From Nemertoderma westbladi (taxonomy: Eukaryota; Animalia; Xenacoelomorpha), in assembly GCA_032718475.1 (NCBI GenBank), contig JAUCBJ010002850.1:1-53962 (forward strand): a stretch of 53,962 nucleotides of DNA, read 5' to 3'. Shown here one piece after another: positions 1-12,210 of this stretch (position 1 is its first letter; every line of letters starts with the position of its first letter). The position numbers and the translations under genes were made by a program. The notes beneath the pieces are model-generated. The model searched no databases, was not told the origin of the DNA, and worked only from the letters and a program-made list of their open reading frames with translations.

Positions 1-2550
1 CACATGTGTTTTATACAGGTCTTTATAAAGGAAAGTTAACACATGTGTTTTGTACAGGTCTTTATAAAAGTTAACACATGTGTTTTGTACAGGTCTTTAT
101 AAAGGGAAGTTAACATGTGTTTTGTACAGGTCTTTATAAAGGAAAGTTAACACATGTGTTTTGTACAGGTCTTTATGAAAGTTAACACATGTGTTTTGTA
201 CAGGTCTTTATGAAAGTTAACACATGTGTTTTGTACAGGTCTTTATAAAGGAAAGTTAACACATTGTTTTGTACAGGTCTTTATAAAGGAAAGTTAACAC
301 ATGTGTTTTGTACAGGTATAAAGAAAAGTTAACACATGTGTTTTGTACAGGTCTTTATAAAGGAAAGTTAACACATGTGTTTTGTACAGGTCTTTATAAA
401 GGAAAGTTAACACATGTGTTTTGTACAGGTCTTTATAAAGGAAAGTTAACACATGTGTTTTGTACAGGTCTTTATAAAGGAAAGTTAACACATGTGTTTT
501 GTACAGGTCTTTATAAAGGAAATTTAGCACATGTGTTTTGTACAGGTATAAAGGAAAGTTAACACATGTGTTTTGTACAGGTCTTTATAAAGGAAAGTTA
601 ACACATGTGTTTTGTACAGGTCTTTATAAAGGAAAGTTAGCACATGTGTTTTGTACAGGTCTTTATAAAGGAAATTTAGCACATGTGTTTTGTACAGGTA
701 TAAAGGAAAGTTAACACATGTGTTTTGTACAGGTCTTTATAAAGGAAAGTTAACACATGTGTTTTGTACAGGTCTTTATAAAGGAAAGTTAACACATGTG
801 TTTTGTACAGGTCTTTATAAAGGAAATTTAGCACATGTGTTTTGTACAGGTATAAAGGAAAGTTAACACATGTGTTTTGTACAGGTCTTTATAAAGGAAA
901 GTTAACACATGTGTTTTGTACAGGTCTTTATAAAGGAAAGTTAGCACATGTGTTTTGTACAGGTCTTTATAAAGGAAAGTTAGCACATGTGTTTTGTACA
1001 GGTATAAAGGAAAGTTAACACATGTGTTTTGTACAGGTCTTTATAAAGGAAAGTTAACACATGTGTTTTGTACAGGTCTTTATAAAGGAAAGTTAACACA
1101 TGTGTTTTGTACAGGTCTTTATAAAGGAAAGTTAACACATGTGTTTTGTACAGGTCTTTATAAAGGAAAGTTAACACATGTGTTTTGTACAGGTCTTTAT
1201 AAAGGAAAGTTAACACATGTGTTTTGTACAGGTCTTTATAAAGGAAAGTTAACACATGTGTTTTGTACAGGTCTTTATAAAGGAAAGTTAACACATGTGT
1301 TTTGTACAGGTCTTTATAAAGGAAAGTTAACACATGTGTTTTGTACAGGTCTTTATAAAGGAAAGTTAACACATGTGTTTTGTACAGGTCTTTATAAAGG
1401 AAAGTTAACACATGTGTTTTGTACAGGTCTTTATAAAGGAAAGTTAACACATGTGTTTTGTACAGGTCTTTATAAAGGAAAGTTAACACATTGTTTTGTA
1501 CAGGTCTTTATAAAGGAAAGTTAACACATGTGTTTTGTACACGTCTTTATAAAGGAAAGTTAACACATGTGTTTTGTACAGGTCTTTATAAAGGAAAGTT
1601 AACACATGTGTTTTGTACAGGTCTTTATAAAGGAAAGTTAACACATGTGTTTTGTACAGGTCTTTATAAAGGAAAGTTAACACATGTGTTTTGTACAGGT
1701 CTTTATAAAGGAAAGTTAACACATGTGTTTTGTACAGGTCTTTATAAAGGAAAGTTAACACATGTGTTTTGTACAGGTCTTTATAAAGGAAAGTTAACAC
1801 ATTGTTTTGTACAGGTCTTTATAAAGGAAAGTTAACACATGTGTTTTGTACAGGTCTTTATAAAGGAAAGTTAACACATTGTTTTGTACAGGTCTTTATA
1901 AAGGAAAGTTAACACATGTGTTTTGTACAGGTCTTTATAAAGGAAAGTTAACACATGTGTTTTGTACAGGTCTTTATAAAGGAAAGTTAACACATGTGTT
2001 TTGTACAGGTCTTTATAAAGGAAAGTTAACACATTGTTTTGTACAGGTATAAAGGAAAGTTAACACATGTGTTTTGTACAGGTCTTTATAAAGGAAAGTT
2101 AACACATGTGTTTTGTACAGGTCTTTATAAAGGAAAGTTAACACATGTGTTTTGTACAGGTCTTTATAAAGGAAAGTTAACACATTGTTTTGTACAGGTC
2201 TTTATAAAGGAAAGTTAACACATGTGTTTTGTACAGGTCTTTATAAAGGAAAGTTAACACATTGTTTTGTACAGGTCTTTATAAAGGAAAGTTAACACAT
2301 GTGTTTTGTACAGGTCTTTATAAAGGAAAGTTAACACATGTGTTTTGTACAGGTCTTTATAAAGGAAAGTTAACACATGTGTTTTGTACAGGTCTTTATA
2401 AAGGAAAGTTAACACATTGTTTTGTACAGGTATAAAGGAAAGTTAACACATGTGTTTTGTACAGGTCTTTATAAAGGAAAGTTAACACATGTGTTTTGTA
2501 CAGGTCTTTATAAAGGAAAGTTAACACATGTGTTTTGTACAGGTCTTTAT
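1..2550. repeat. 39-bp minisatellite (aaaggaaagttaacacatgtgttttgtacaggtctttat), ~65 copies, truncated by window start
   Basis: Direct tandem periodicity; explains the 13-aa periodic ORFs at 294-1835. Ends at 2550 where unique sequence starts. Confidence 0.97.
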
Positions 2551-3830
2551 GCTTTGGGTCTTTGTTTTGTACTCACCCGATCCGGTATTGGATACAGTCT
2601 GATTATTGATGACAACAATATTACCAACCCGAATCAGTTTAAAACATTTACTATATACTTCCACGCAAGGTATAATGTAATATTGCTCGCTATTGATCCC
2701 AGCAATAATACAATAGTATTTATCCCTATTGTGTAATTTTTACGGTAAATTAATTATCACCATGCATGTCGAAATAATCTCACCAAGAGATCGCGAGATC
2801 TACTATATTGGTTTGAAGCAGAAGCATTGTGAGGCCGGTAAGGATTGGGCTGTATTTCCCGATCTATTGTATTTCCATCCCCTGTGCCCAACATAAGGTA
2901 TTAATATCGATTCTTTTGAATGTCATAAGAAATCACTGTTATACTGAGACTAGCTCTCTCAGCTTACGAACTTTCCGCAACCTTACATAATAATTGCCAT
3001 CGTTCTTTGCCTCTCAGCTTCTTATCCTAACTGTCAATATATAATTACGTGCTCCACGAGTTACTTTATTTAGATGTCAATGAAGGACGGCGTCTAATGT
3101 TATCGATTCGCTCACATGGGAAAGTTTCAGCACATTGGTTTATTGATTTCTTACATTCGGACCTTGGCAAGTAGGCCACCTCTGTTATCAGGCAGCTGGT
3201 GGACTGTAAATGAATGGAGTTTGGGCTAAGGAGACCTGAGACTAGTACAGAGTGATAATAACCTTTTACAATAATAGCACCGGTAACAATACCAGTACGA
3301 ACTCAATAACAGGATTTCGTGCTTGTTACAGATCCGCTGAGGCGATCCCTTCCACGGGTTATTCTAGGGGTTGGAGGCCCGGCAGAGCTTGTATAGTGGA
3401 AGACGTGAGTAAAGATGGCGAAAAGTACGTCCTGCCCCACAAAAATACACAAAAATACATACCGGTACACTGCACTCACTGTGTTGTAATTCTCTGAGAG
3501 TGAGAAACCCGGCCAGATAAAATACGATACGATAAAGATAAGATCAAACTCCAAAGGGTATTTTCTAACCTGACATGCTTTTTATTGTTGCAAAATCACT
3601 GAACATCTTGCAATGATTGTGCAAATTCCTGATAAAATATTTGTGAATGAATTTCTTTCATGGTCATCCACTGATTCACTGTTTGCAATTATTTTTTTAT
3701 TGTTTGAAAATAACAAACAAAAACGTATTTCAACGTTAATTCATATTATTGATATGATATAACTTCAGTGATCTTGGGATCTTGCTATAATCTTAAATCT
3801 ACATATATGTTTCAAATTTTCATTACAAAT

Positions 3831-4031
3831 GAGTGTAAACGCTACGCCGACAACCGACAGCCGACAACCATTGCCGAAAACGGCAAATAGGAAAATGGAA
3901 CGTGAGTTCGTGACTCACCTTTATTGTTTTTATTTGAATAACTTTCTCTGTAACCTGTTCCTTTCCCTCGTTTGATAATTAACAAAACTTAGCTTCAATA
4001 ATGGTTGGTTGTCGATGTAGCGTTTACACCC
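3831..4031. mobile_element. Non-autonomous Mutator(MULE)-like MITE with 9-bp TSD
   Basis: TIRs gagtgtaaacgctac.. (3831) and ..gtagcgtttacaccc (4031), extending to ~25 bp with few mismatches; flanked by perfect direct repeat attacaaat (3822-3830, 4032-4040). Confidence 0.8.
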
Positions 4032-4380
4032 ATTACAAATTATGTGTATTGTTATTCTCCCCGCGTACGTAACCCGCCATAGATAATGGATTTCTTGCTA
4101 TCACTGTTATGTTATCACTGACGCTGCTATTCGATTTTTTGGGACTACCGGAAGTTATTTTAAGGAGGGTGGTGAGTGGAATAATGAGGAGATAAGACCC
4201 TCAGGGCGGCTCTTCCGTATAAACGCAGTGTATGAGGTATACCCAACGGTGGAGGAAGTTTAGATAGGAAGTCGCAAGCTGGTACTTTTGGGGAGGAGAT
4301 GAATATCCGGTAGTTAAATACTACTGAGGATGGATGTTTTGTCGGATTTATCATTTTTGTAATTTAGGGGATATCTTTAT

Positions 4381-4520
4381 GGGATATCTCTCGGCACTAC
4401 TGTGTGCCGTCCCTACCTGGTACTCCTATGGGATATCTCTCGGCACTACTGTGTGCCGTCCCTACCTGGTACTCCGATATCTCTCGGCACTACTGTGTGC
4501 CGTCCCTACCTGGTACTCCT
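4381..4520. repeat. ~49-bp tandem triplication with internal hairpin (cggcac-tactgt-gtgccg)
   Basis: Three near-identical copies of gatatctctcggcactactgtgtgccgtccctacctggtactcc. Confidence 0.9.
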
Positions 4521-4588
4521 TCAACGGCAACCTTATTGCCGGTCTATATATATATTATACTAATCATACAGAGTGCGCCGGTGTGTTC

Positions 4589-4821
4589 AGGGGGTGAAAC
4601 TCGACGCAAAACCCGCTTTGGCGAATTTATATCCCGCCTCAATGTTAAATTCTCAATTTAGGGAAAGGAGCATGTTACAGTGGCACGTTATTTTAACCAA
4701 AACAATAAACTAAACACATTAGAACAGGTTACAGTTTTATTTTTGAGAGTAATCAACTATTATTTGCGTCCAATTTCCCTTGGAGAGGGATGAATTTTTA
4801 TTGCGTCCAGTTTCCCCCCCT
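4589..4821. mobile_element. MITE-like interspersed repeat, copy 1
   Basis: Ends agggggtgaaactcgacgcaa / ttgcgtccagtttccccccct are inverted; colinear second copy at 30114-30350. Confidence 0.75.
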
Positions 4822-5332
4822 ATCTGCATTCGTGACACGGGTGTGGTGGCGCGTACGTGACATATTGTTATGATATCTGCAGCCTTAAGTTACTGCATAA
4901 TTATTCCTTCTTCTGTAGCTTAACAATAAGAACGGGGAGGCTGTGATAGAAAGAAAGGGACTCAACTACGGACTGTACTTCATGCAATAATTGGTAGTGG
5001 TTTTAAACGCTATCATATCTCGCCCAATAAAGACGTTATAAAAATTATAATTGATCTTAAAGAACACATTAACTCTGCATGATATGGTTTCCCTATTGTG
5101 TGCTGTTATTATCACTTTCTGGTGTCCTGTGTGCCCAGGTTGGATTCCTAAAACCGCGCCCAGGTAATTAATTGCCTTAACCATGAATTGTGAAACCACA
5201 CCCAGTTTCTAGTTACTGGGGGATTTATTCCATACCACCCATAATAGTGTCTAACCTGTGTTTGTATTACCTCGATGAGGATAATTTATGGATAACAGAT
5301 TCCATTTTAATTTATGATTTCTCATTCCTCAG

Positions 5333-5379
5333 GTTCTGTTCCATTTGACTGAGTTGTTTGTTGTTTACCCCTTACCACT
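5333..5379 (+). other. Probable 5' UTR part of first NCX coding exon (follows a splice acceptor)
   Basis: tttatgatttctcattcctcag| acceptor ending at 5332, 47 nt before the ATG at 5380; implies an upstream non-coding exon. Confidence 0.55.
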
Positions 5380-5613
5380 ATGGCTACTGGCTTTGTTACC
5401 GAAACCTATGGCGAACTCGGGTATATCGCATACAACACGAGTCACTTATGTGATGGAGACTATTGGATTCTCATACCTGGGGCCGCATTGTGGCCAACTT
5501 GGTTGAAAGGACTCTTGTATTTATTAGTTTTGTTCTATATATTTATTGGCATAGCTATCGTGTCCGACATATTTATGTGCAGTATTGAGGTGATAACAAG
5601 TAAAAGTAAAAAG
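5380..5613 (+). CDS. SLC8A: Na+/Ca2+ exchanger (SLC8/NCX family), coding exon 1 (N-terminus, TM1)
   Basis: MATGF...LLYLLVLFYIFIGIAIVSDIFMCSIEVITSKSKK resembles NCX TM1 (..FLGVSIIADRFMSSIEVITS); donor AAG|gtaagt at 5614, phase 0. Confidence 0.93.
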
Positions 5614-6492
5614 GTAAGTGTTTCACCGATCTCCATTACATATTAACATGTAAACTATTAATAAACAATATAATAATATATCTACTTAAACGATCCTGCA
5701 GTACGACTAATGATATTTCGTCGGAGACATTTTTTAACGTTTGTAGCTTAAGATTAAAGCGAAAATAAAGATGTACCGTTCTAGGTCAAAGGTTAGAAAG
5801 AGACAAAGGGTCGGAAGAGTCGAAATGGTATATTTTATTATTTTACTCTTTTTCCCACAATTATTAACAACATTGTTTATTGTTTTGGTTAGAAAACCTT
5901 TTAACACGCGTTTCGACACTATTACTCTTTCTATTCGTCAATCTGAAATCGTCACGCCTCATGTTGTTTCACATTCTAATTATATTATGTAGTGCTACTA
6001 CTTACCGGATGCTGTGATGGGTTCATTCTGTGGCTGTCCTGTATTCCATCCACCCAAACAACAATACCCAAGGGCAACCCACACAGGAAATTATCAGTAT
6101 TTTACAGCCTAATAAATATTCGAGTAGCTAAAATATTAGGAGTTTTAGGAGCATTAGTCACAATGGTATGCTATCTGTAACACTAGGTATATGAACTCTC
6201 TGAACAAAACTGCACAACTTGAGACATTAAACTTGCCATCCTATGGCATACTTTTAGTATTAAAACCCCATTTTAGTATTTACTCATATTTTTTTTAAGG
6301 AAAATAATTATGTACTCTTATTTTTATATGTGCAACTAATTCTATTGCATTATGTTCTCATTTTAAAATAAGTTGAGTACACCATTGATTCGAAAAATCT
6401 TGCAATTTTGTACTCATATTTTAGCCAATTGCGAATTTGAGCCTCATCTTTGAAAAAAATGTCACATCTTTTAGCCAATCATTGATAAGGCC

Positions 6493-6970
6493 GGAGGACG
6501 GAGGTCCGAATGGGACGGAGGTCCGAATGGGACGGAGGTCCGAATGGGGTGGAGGTCCGAATGGGACGGAGGTCCGAACGGGACGGAGGTCCGAATGGGA
6601 CGGAGGTCCGAATGGGGTGGAGGTCCGAATGGGACGGAGGTCCGAATGGGGTGGAGGTCCGAATGGGACGGAGGTCCGAATGGGACGGAGGTCCGAATAG
6701 ACAGAGGTCCGAATGGGACGGAGGTCCGAATGGGACGGAGGTCCGAATGGGACGGAGGTCCGAATGGGACGGAGGTCCGAATGGGACGGAGGTCCGAATG
6801 GGACGGAGGTCCGAATAGGACGAAGGTCCGAATGGGACGGAGGTCCGAATGGGACGGAGGTCCGAATGGGACGGAGGTCCGAATGGGACGGAGGTCCGAA
6901 TGGGACGGAGGTCCGAATGGGACGGAGGTCCGAATGGGACGGAGGTCCGAATGGGATGGATGTCCGAAAC
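6493..6970. repeat. 17-bp minisatellite (ggacggaggtccgaatg), ~28 copies, part of a composite repeat element
   Basis: Tandem periodicity; same motif recurs at 7811-7878; explains ORFs at 6421-7090. Confidence 0.92.
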
Positions 6971-6974
6971 GATT

Positions 6975-7878
6975 CCCCGTACTTAGTTTCAATTTTAGCC
7001 TCATGCGAATTTAGTTCCAATGGAAACGAATTTAGTTCCAATTTTGGCGAATTTAGTTCCAATTTTGGCGAATTTAGTTCCAATAACTAGAGAAAAACGA
7101 AAACTAATTTAGTTCCAATTGAAGGAATTCCAATGGAATGGAATTCCATCCAATGGAATGGAATTCCATCCAATGGAATGGATTTTCAGGTGTGGGGCGA
7201 GCCACGTAGTTGGCGAAGCATCTATGTTTAATGACACTAATAGGTGGATGGTTAAATAATAATTGTAAATAACTAACCCAAAACGCCCAACCTCCTAACC
7301 AAAACAATCTTATCCCAAACAACGCCCATCCCCTAAACCGAAACAACTGGTAAATATTGTATTTGCTATTTGGTGTGAAAATGACACAATGTACATTCAT
7401 GATTTGAGTATATAATACTACAGACTCAGTCCGTCAGTATCAGATTAATTAATATATATTTCAAAATGTGTAATTATACATTTAATTAATTAATAATAAT
7501 TCGCGTAATTCGATTAATAATTCAGTTTTACAATTATTTACAATTATTGTTGACCCTGACCCACCCCAAATAGTGGCAATACGCAATAGGCTTCGTCTAC
7601 TACGTGGCTATCCCCACGATTGAAACATTGGAACTAAGTTCGTACCCATTGGAACTAAATTCGCATCCATTGGAACTAAGTTAGTTTTGATGGGATTGGA
7701 ACTCAGTTCGCCTCGATTGGAACTAAGTTCGCTTTGTAAAATTTATTTTGGAACTAAATTCGTTTCAATTGGAACTAAGTTCGCCTTTGAAAATGTGCGA
7801 TTGGAACTAATGTCCGAATGGGACAAAGGTCCGAATGGGACGGAGGTCCGAAAAATCAAGACGGAGGTCCGAAACACC
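6975..7878. mobile_element. Foldback-like non-autonomous element with inverted sub-terminal repeats
   Basis: gaatttagttccaa repeats at 7007-7120 face inverted ttggaactaa(a/g)ttc repeats at 7628-7810; inner inverted pair gtggggcgagccacgtagttggcgaagc (7192) and gcttcgtctactacgtggctatccccac (ends 7617). Boundaries approximate. Confidence 0.55.
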
Positions 7879-8965
7879 ACATTCTAAGATAATATTTACT
7901 GGATAACTGGCAAACTGGATAATAAAGCAGCACGCATTATATATATAAATGGAAATAATACATTCTGGAATACGGTAATTGAAGTTGTTTCCAGGTTATT
8001 GATTACTTTGCAGCGTTCCGTCTCTATTTTATAAAAGTGGATTGAAATTGAGCCAACAGCCCTAGTAAACTTAGGGCCCTATTCCCAGTGCTTTAGGAGT
8101 GTGTCTAGGATACACGAAGTGGGGCCTTCGCGCAGCACGTGACTTAAATTTAATTTAAGTACTAATTCGAAAGTATTACTGTATTAGCAAATTTTAAGCA
8201 GATTTCGCCTAATCACTTTTTACCTCTTTCATTTCTATTCAGACATTTCTGACTCTAGCGGTATAGTGAGAACTGAAGATGGATTAGGGTCTCCAGCCCC
8301 ACAAAGACACAGCCTATGGATGAATAGTACATACGTACATCGGCCAAGTTTCATCTTGAATAACGGATAACGAAATGAGAGACGGATCTCACTTTCAGAA
8401 ATTTCGTCGTATAGCGGCAGACCGATTAAATCTCCCCCCCCCCCCCCCCCACAAAGACGCAGCATGTGGTCCAGAATATATGGCAAGATTCAGCTTAAAC
8501 TGATTAAAATCAATGAGACGGAAAGAATCTATTCACTTTCAGGCATAAAGTAGTCCTATAGCGGGTGACTGTTGAACTGATTTTCAACAAAACAAATTTT
8601 CAACTTGGCAGCTTTAAATTCGACAAAGTTATAAGCATGTCAATATCATAACGACGACAACGATTTCACTTTCAGACATTTGGCCCTCTAGCGGCAGACT
8701 GGAGAACTGCAGATGGATTCGCCTCCTTTGAAAGTCACAGCTAATGGTCTAATACATATCTGCCAAGTTTCAGCTTAAACGGATTAAAAGCAAAGAAATG
8801 GGAGGGCATTTAATGTTTAGACATGTGGCCCTCTAGCGGGAGACCATTGCACTGATGGTGTCTGAAAGTCTTTCAAAAATCTCAACTTTTGCTCATATTG
8901 ATACCTACAAATTTTCAACTTGGCAGCTTTAAATCCGACAAAGTTATTAGCATGTCAAAATCGTA

Positions 8966-9005
8966 ACGACGACGACGACGACAACGACGACGACGACGAC
9001 GACAA
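8966..9005. repeat. (GAC)n microsatellite within a probable interspersed repeat (~8180-9080)
   Basis: acgacgacgacgacgacaacgacgacg...; surrounding region has internal duplications (e.g. caacttggcagctttaaat at ~8601 and ~8916). Confidence 0.7.
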
Positions 9006-9290
9006 CTATTTGCATAAATTGACCCACCCCCTAACAGTGTCAATTCGCTAAGGCTCCGCCAACTTCGTGGCTCGCCCCACACTCTCTCCTGAGTGTAAAT
9101 GGCGTATCGGCAGTATTCAACACACATAGCACAAAGAGGTATAATAATTTCTCTCTGATAGTAAGTTCACTCTTGTGTGTACTGATTTTAAAATGAGAAC
9201 GGAATTATTTGAATTAGTGACTTTTATAAAAATATGAGTATAAAATTGCGAGATTTTCTGAATTAATGGTGTACTCATTTTAAAATGTCA

Positions 9291-11290
9291 CTTAAAGGGT
9301 CACACATGCTGTATCATACTTGAGGGGTCAACTTTGCTGGGTCATGCTTGATGGGTCACCCTTGCTGGGTCACTCTTGCTGGTCATAATTGATGGGTCAC
9401 TCTTGCTGGGTCACCCTTGATGTGTCACCCTTGATGGGTCACACTTTCTGGATCACCCTTGCTGGGTCACCCTGCTGGGTCACACTTGCTGGGTCACACT
9501 TGATGTGTCACCCTTGATGGGTCACACTTGCTGGGTCACACTTAATGGGTCTCCCTTGATGGGTCACCCTTTCTGGGTCACTCTTGCTGGATCTCCCTTG
9601 CTGGGTCACACTTGATGGTTCACACTTGATGGGTCATCCTCGCTGGGTCACACTTGTTGGGTCACACTTGCTGGGTCACAATTTATGAGTCACCCTTGCT
9701 GGGTAACACTTGATGGGTCACCCTTGCTGGGTCACTCTTGCTGTGCCAGACTTGATGGGTCACCCTTGCTGTGTCATACTTGATGGGTCAACTTTGCTGT
9801 GTCACCCTTGCTGGGTCACAATTTATGGGTCACCCTTGCTGGGTCATACTTGATGGGTCACCCTTGCTGGGTCAAATTTGTTGGGTCACCCTTGATGGGT
9901 CACACTTGCTGGGTCACAATTTATGGGTCATCCTTGCTTGGTCTTACTTGTTGGGTTACCCTTGATGGGTCACACTTGCAGGGTCACAATTTATGGGTCA
10001 CCCTTGCTGGGTTACTCTTGCTGGATCTCCCTTACTGCGTCACACTTGATGTTTCACACTTGATGGGTCACGGTTGCTGGGTCACACTTGCTGGGTCACA
10101 CTTGCTGGGTCACACTTGTTGGGTCACAGGTGATGGGTCACCCTTGCTGGGTCGCGCTTGATGGGTCACCCTTGCTGGGTCACACTTGCTCGGTCACACG
10201 TGATGGGTCACCCTTGATGGGTCACACTTGCAGGGTCACACGTGATGGGTCACCCATGCTGGTTCACACTTAATGGGTCACCCTTAAAGGATCACACATG
10301 CTGTGTCACACTTGAGGGGTCACCTTTGCTGGGTCATGCTTGATGGGTCACCCTTGCTGGGTCACTCTTGCTGGGTCACAATTGATGGGTCACTCTTGCT
10401 GGGTCACCCTTGATGTGTCACCCTTGATGGGTCACACTTGCTGGATCACCCTTGCTGGGTCACCCTTGCTGGGTCACACTTGATGTGTCACCCTTGATGG
10501 GTCACCCTTGCTGGGTCACACTGATGGGTCACCCTTTCTGGGTCATCCTTGCTGGATCTCCCTTGCTGGGTCACACTTGATGGTTCACACTTGATGGGTC
10601 ACCCTTGCTAGGTCACACTTGTTGGGTCACCCTTGATGGGTCACACTTGCTGGGTCACAATTTATGGGTCACCCTTGCTGGGTCATACTTGATGGTTCAC
10701 CCTTGCTGGCGCACACTTGATGAGTCATCCTTGCTTGGTCACACTTGATGGTTCACATTTGATGGGTCACGGTTGCTGGGTCACACTTGTTGGGTCACCC
10801 TTGATGGCTCACACTTGCTGGGTCACAATTTATGGGTCACCCTTGCTGTGTCACACTTGATGGGTCACACATGATGGGTCACACATGATGGGTGACCCTT
10901 GCTGGGTCACACTTGTTGGGCACTCTTGATGGGTCGCACTTGCTGGGTCACAATTTATGGGTTACCCTTGCTGGTTCATATTTGATGGGTCACCCTTGCT
11001 GGGTTACACTTGATGTGTCACCCTTGCTGGGTCACCCTTTACGAGTCACCCTTGCTGGGTCACACTTGATGGGTCACCCTTGTTTGTTCACACTTGATGG
11101 GTCACCCTTGCTTGTTCACACATGATGGGTCACCCTTGCTGGGTCACACTTGATGTGTCACCCTTGCTGGGTCAACCTTTACGAGCACCCTTGCTGGGTC
11201 ACACTTGATGGGTCACCCTTGTTTGTTCACACTTGATGGGTCACCCTTGCTGGGTCACACTTGATATGTTACTCTTGATGGGTCACACCT
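9291..11290. repeat. 14-bp minisatellite (gggtcacccttgct / gggtcacacttgat), ~140 diverged copies
   Basis: Tandem periodicity; ~990-bp higher-order duplication visible (starts ~9291 and ~10283). Confidence 0.93.
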
Positions 11291-11709
11291 CCCAACAAGT
11301 AAGTACTCAGACCTGGCCCATACCTCTTCGTCACAGTTGCAACATAAACTCTCGACCCCTTTGCACTCAATGAAGAGATATTTATTAAATTAATTGGAGT
11401 TGATCTGTTTTTCAGTGGCTAAAGTACGCGGCACTGCGTCACCATGTTAGACACCCTCCTCCTTTAAGCCAACCTTGATGTATTTTTTTCCTTATTAATA
11501 TAATAAATTGCAACAATACTAGAATAAAACTGCGCTGTAACTGCCGCAATATCGATGGAAACATATTTTTTAAATTTGAAGAATAAAAGCAGAAATAAAA
11601 ATTCTGGCTCACCGGTGTACCTAAATTACAATTTTTGTTTTATAGGATTTGGTGTAAATGATCAATATATTTCTCGTTAATATAATGAAACTCATTTATA
11701 ATTTCTCAG

Positions 11710-12210
11710 GTTTTAGTTTGGGACGAGGAATCTAAAGATATGGTAGTTCGCGAAGTCCTCATATGGAACGAAACTGTGGCGAATCTAACTCTAATGGCTC
11801 TGGGAAGTTCAGCTCCGGAAATCCTTCTCGCTATAGTCGAAACTGCTGGCCAACTCGATGAGTCAGGCGAGATTAAGAAGGACAGTCTGGGGGTATTCAC
11901 TATAATCGGGTCGGCCGCCTTTAATTTACTAATAATCTCGGCAATCTGCGTAGCGAGCGTAGATTCGCCGGAGCCGAAACGAATTCGCGAGGTCGGCGTC
12001 TTCATCCTCACCTCTTCGTGGTCAATGTTCGCGTATCTATGGTTACTCATCTCCCTCATCTGGATATCGCCGGGTGAGGTGGATATGATTGAGGCTTGGT
12101 TAACCTTGTCATTCTTCCCGTTGCTAGTGGTTTCGGCATACGCGCAGGATAACGGATGGTGGTGCAGAAAGAAGCAGCACTCTACCTCACAACAACCTCA
12201 GGAACCACAG
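11710..12210 (+). CDS. SLC8A: NCX coding exon 2 (alpha-1 repeat, TM2-TM5)
   Basis: Acceptor tttctcag|; [40 protein letters not shown]...GSAAFN...[10 protein letters not shown] contains the NCX alpha-1 signature; donor CAG|gtgagt at 12211, phase 0/0. Confidence 0.97.

Noticed and set aside
294-1835. 13-aa periodic ORFs on both strands
   Set aside because: Products of the 39-bp array.
3074-3497. Possible + exon after ttatttag at 3073 and ORF 3252-3497
   Set aside because: Joining to the 2543-2669 candidate gives an immediate stop; no recognisable protein motif.
9291-11290. Array of nuclear-receptor half-sites (GGGTCA every 14 bp)
   Set aside because: Six-base match inherent to the repeat unit; no independent evidence of function.
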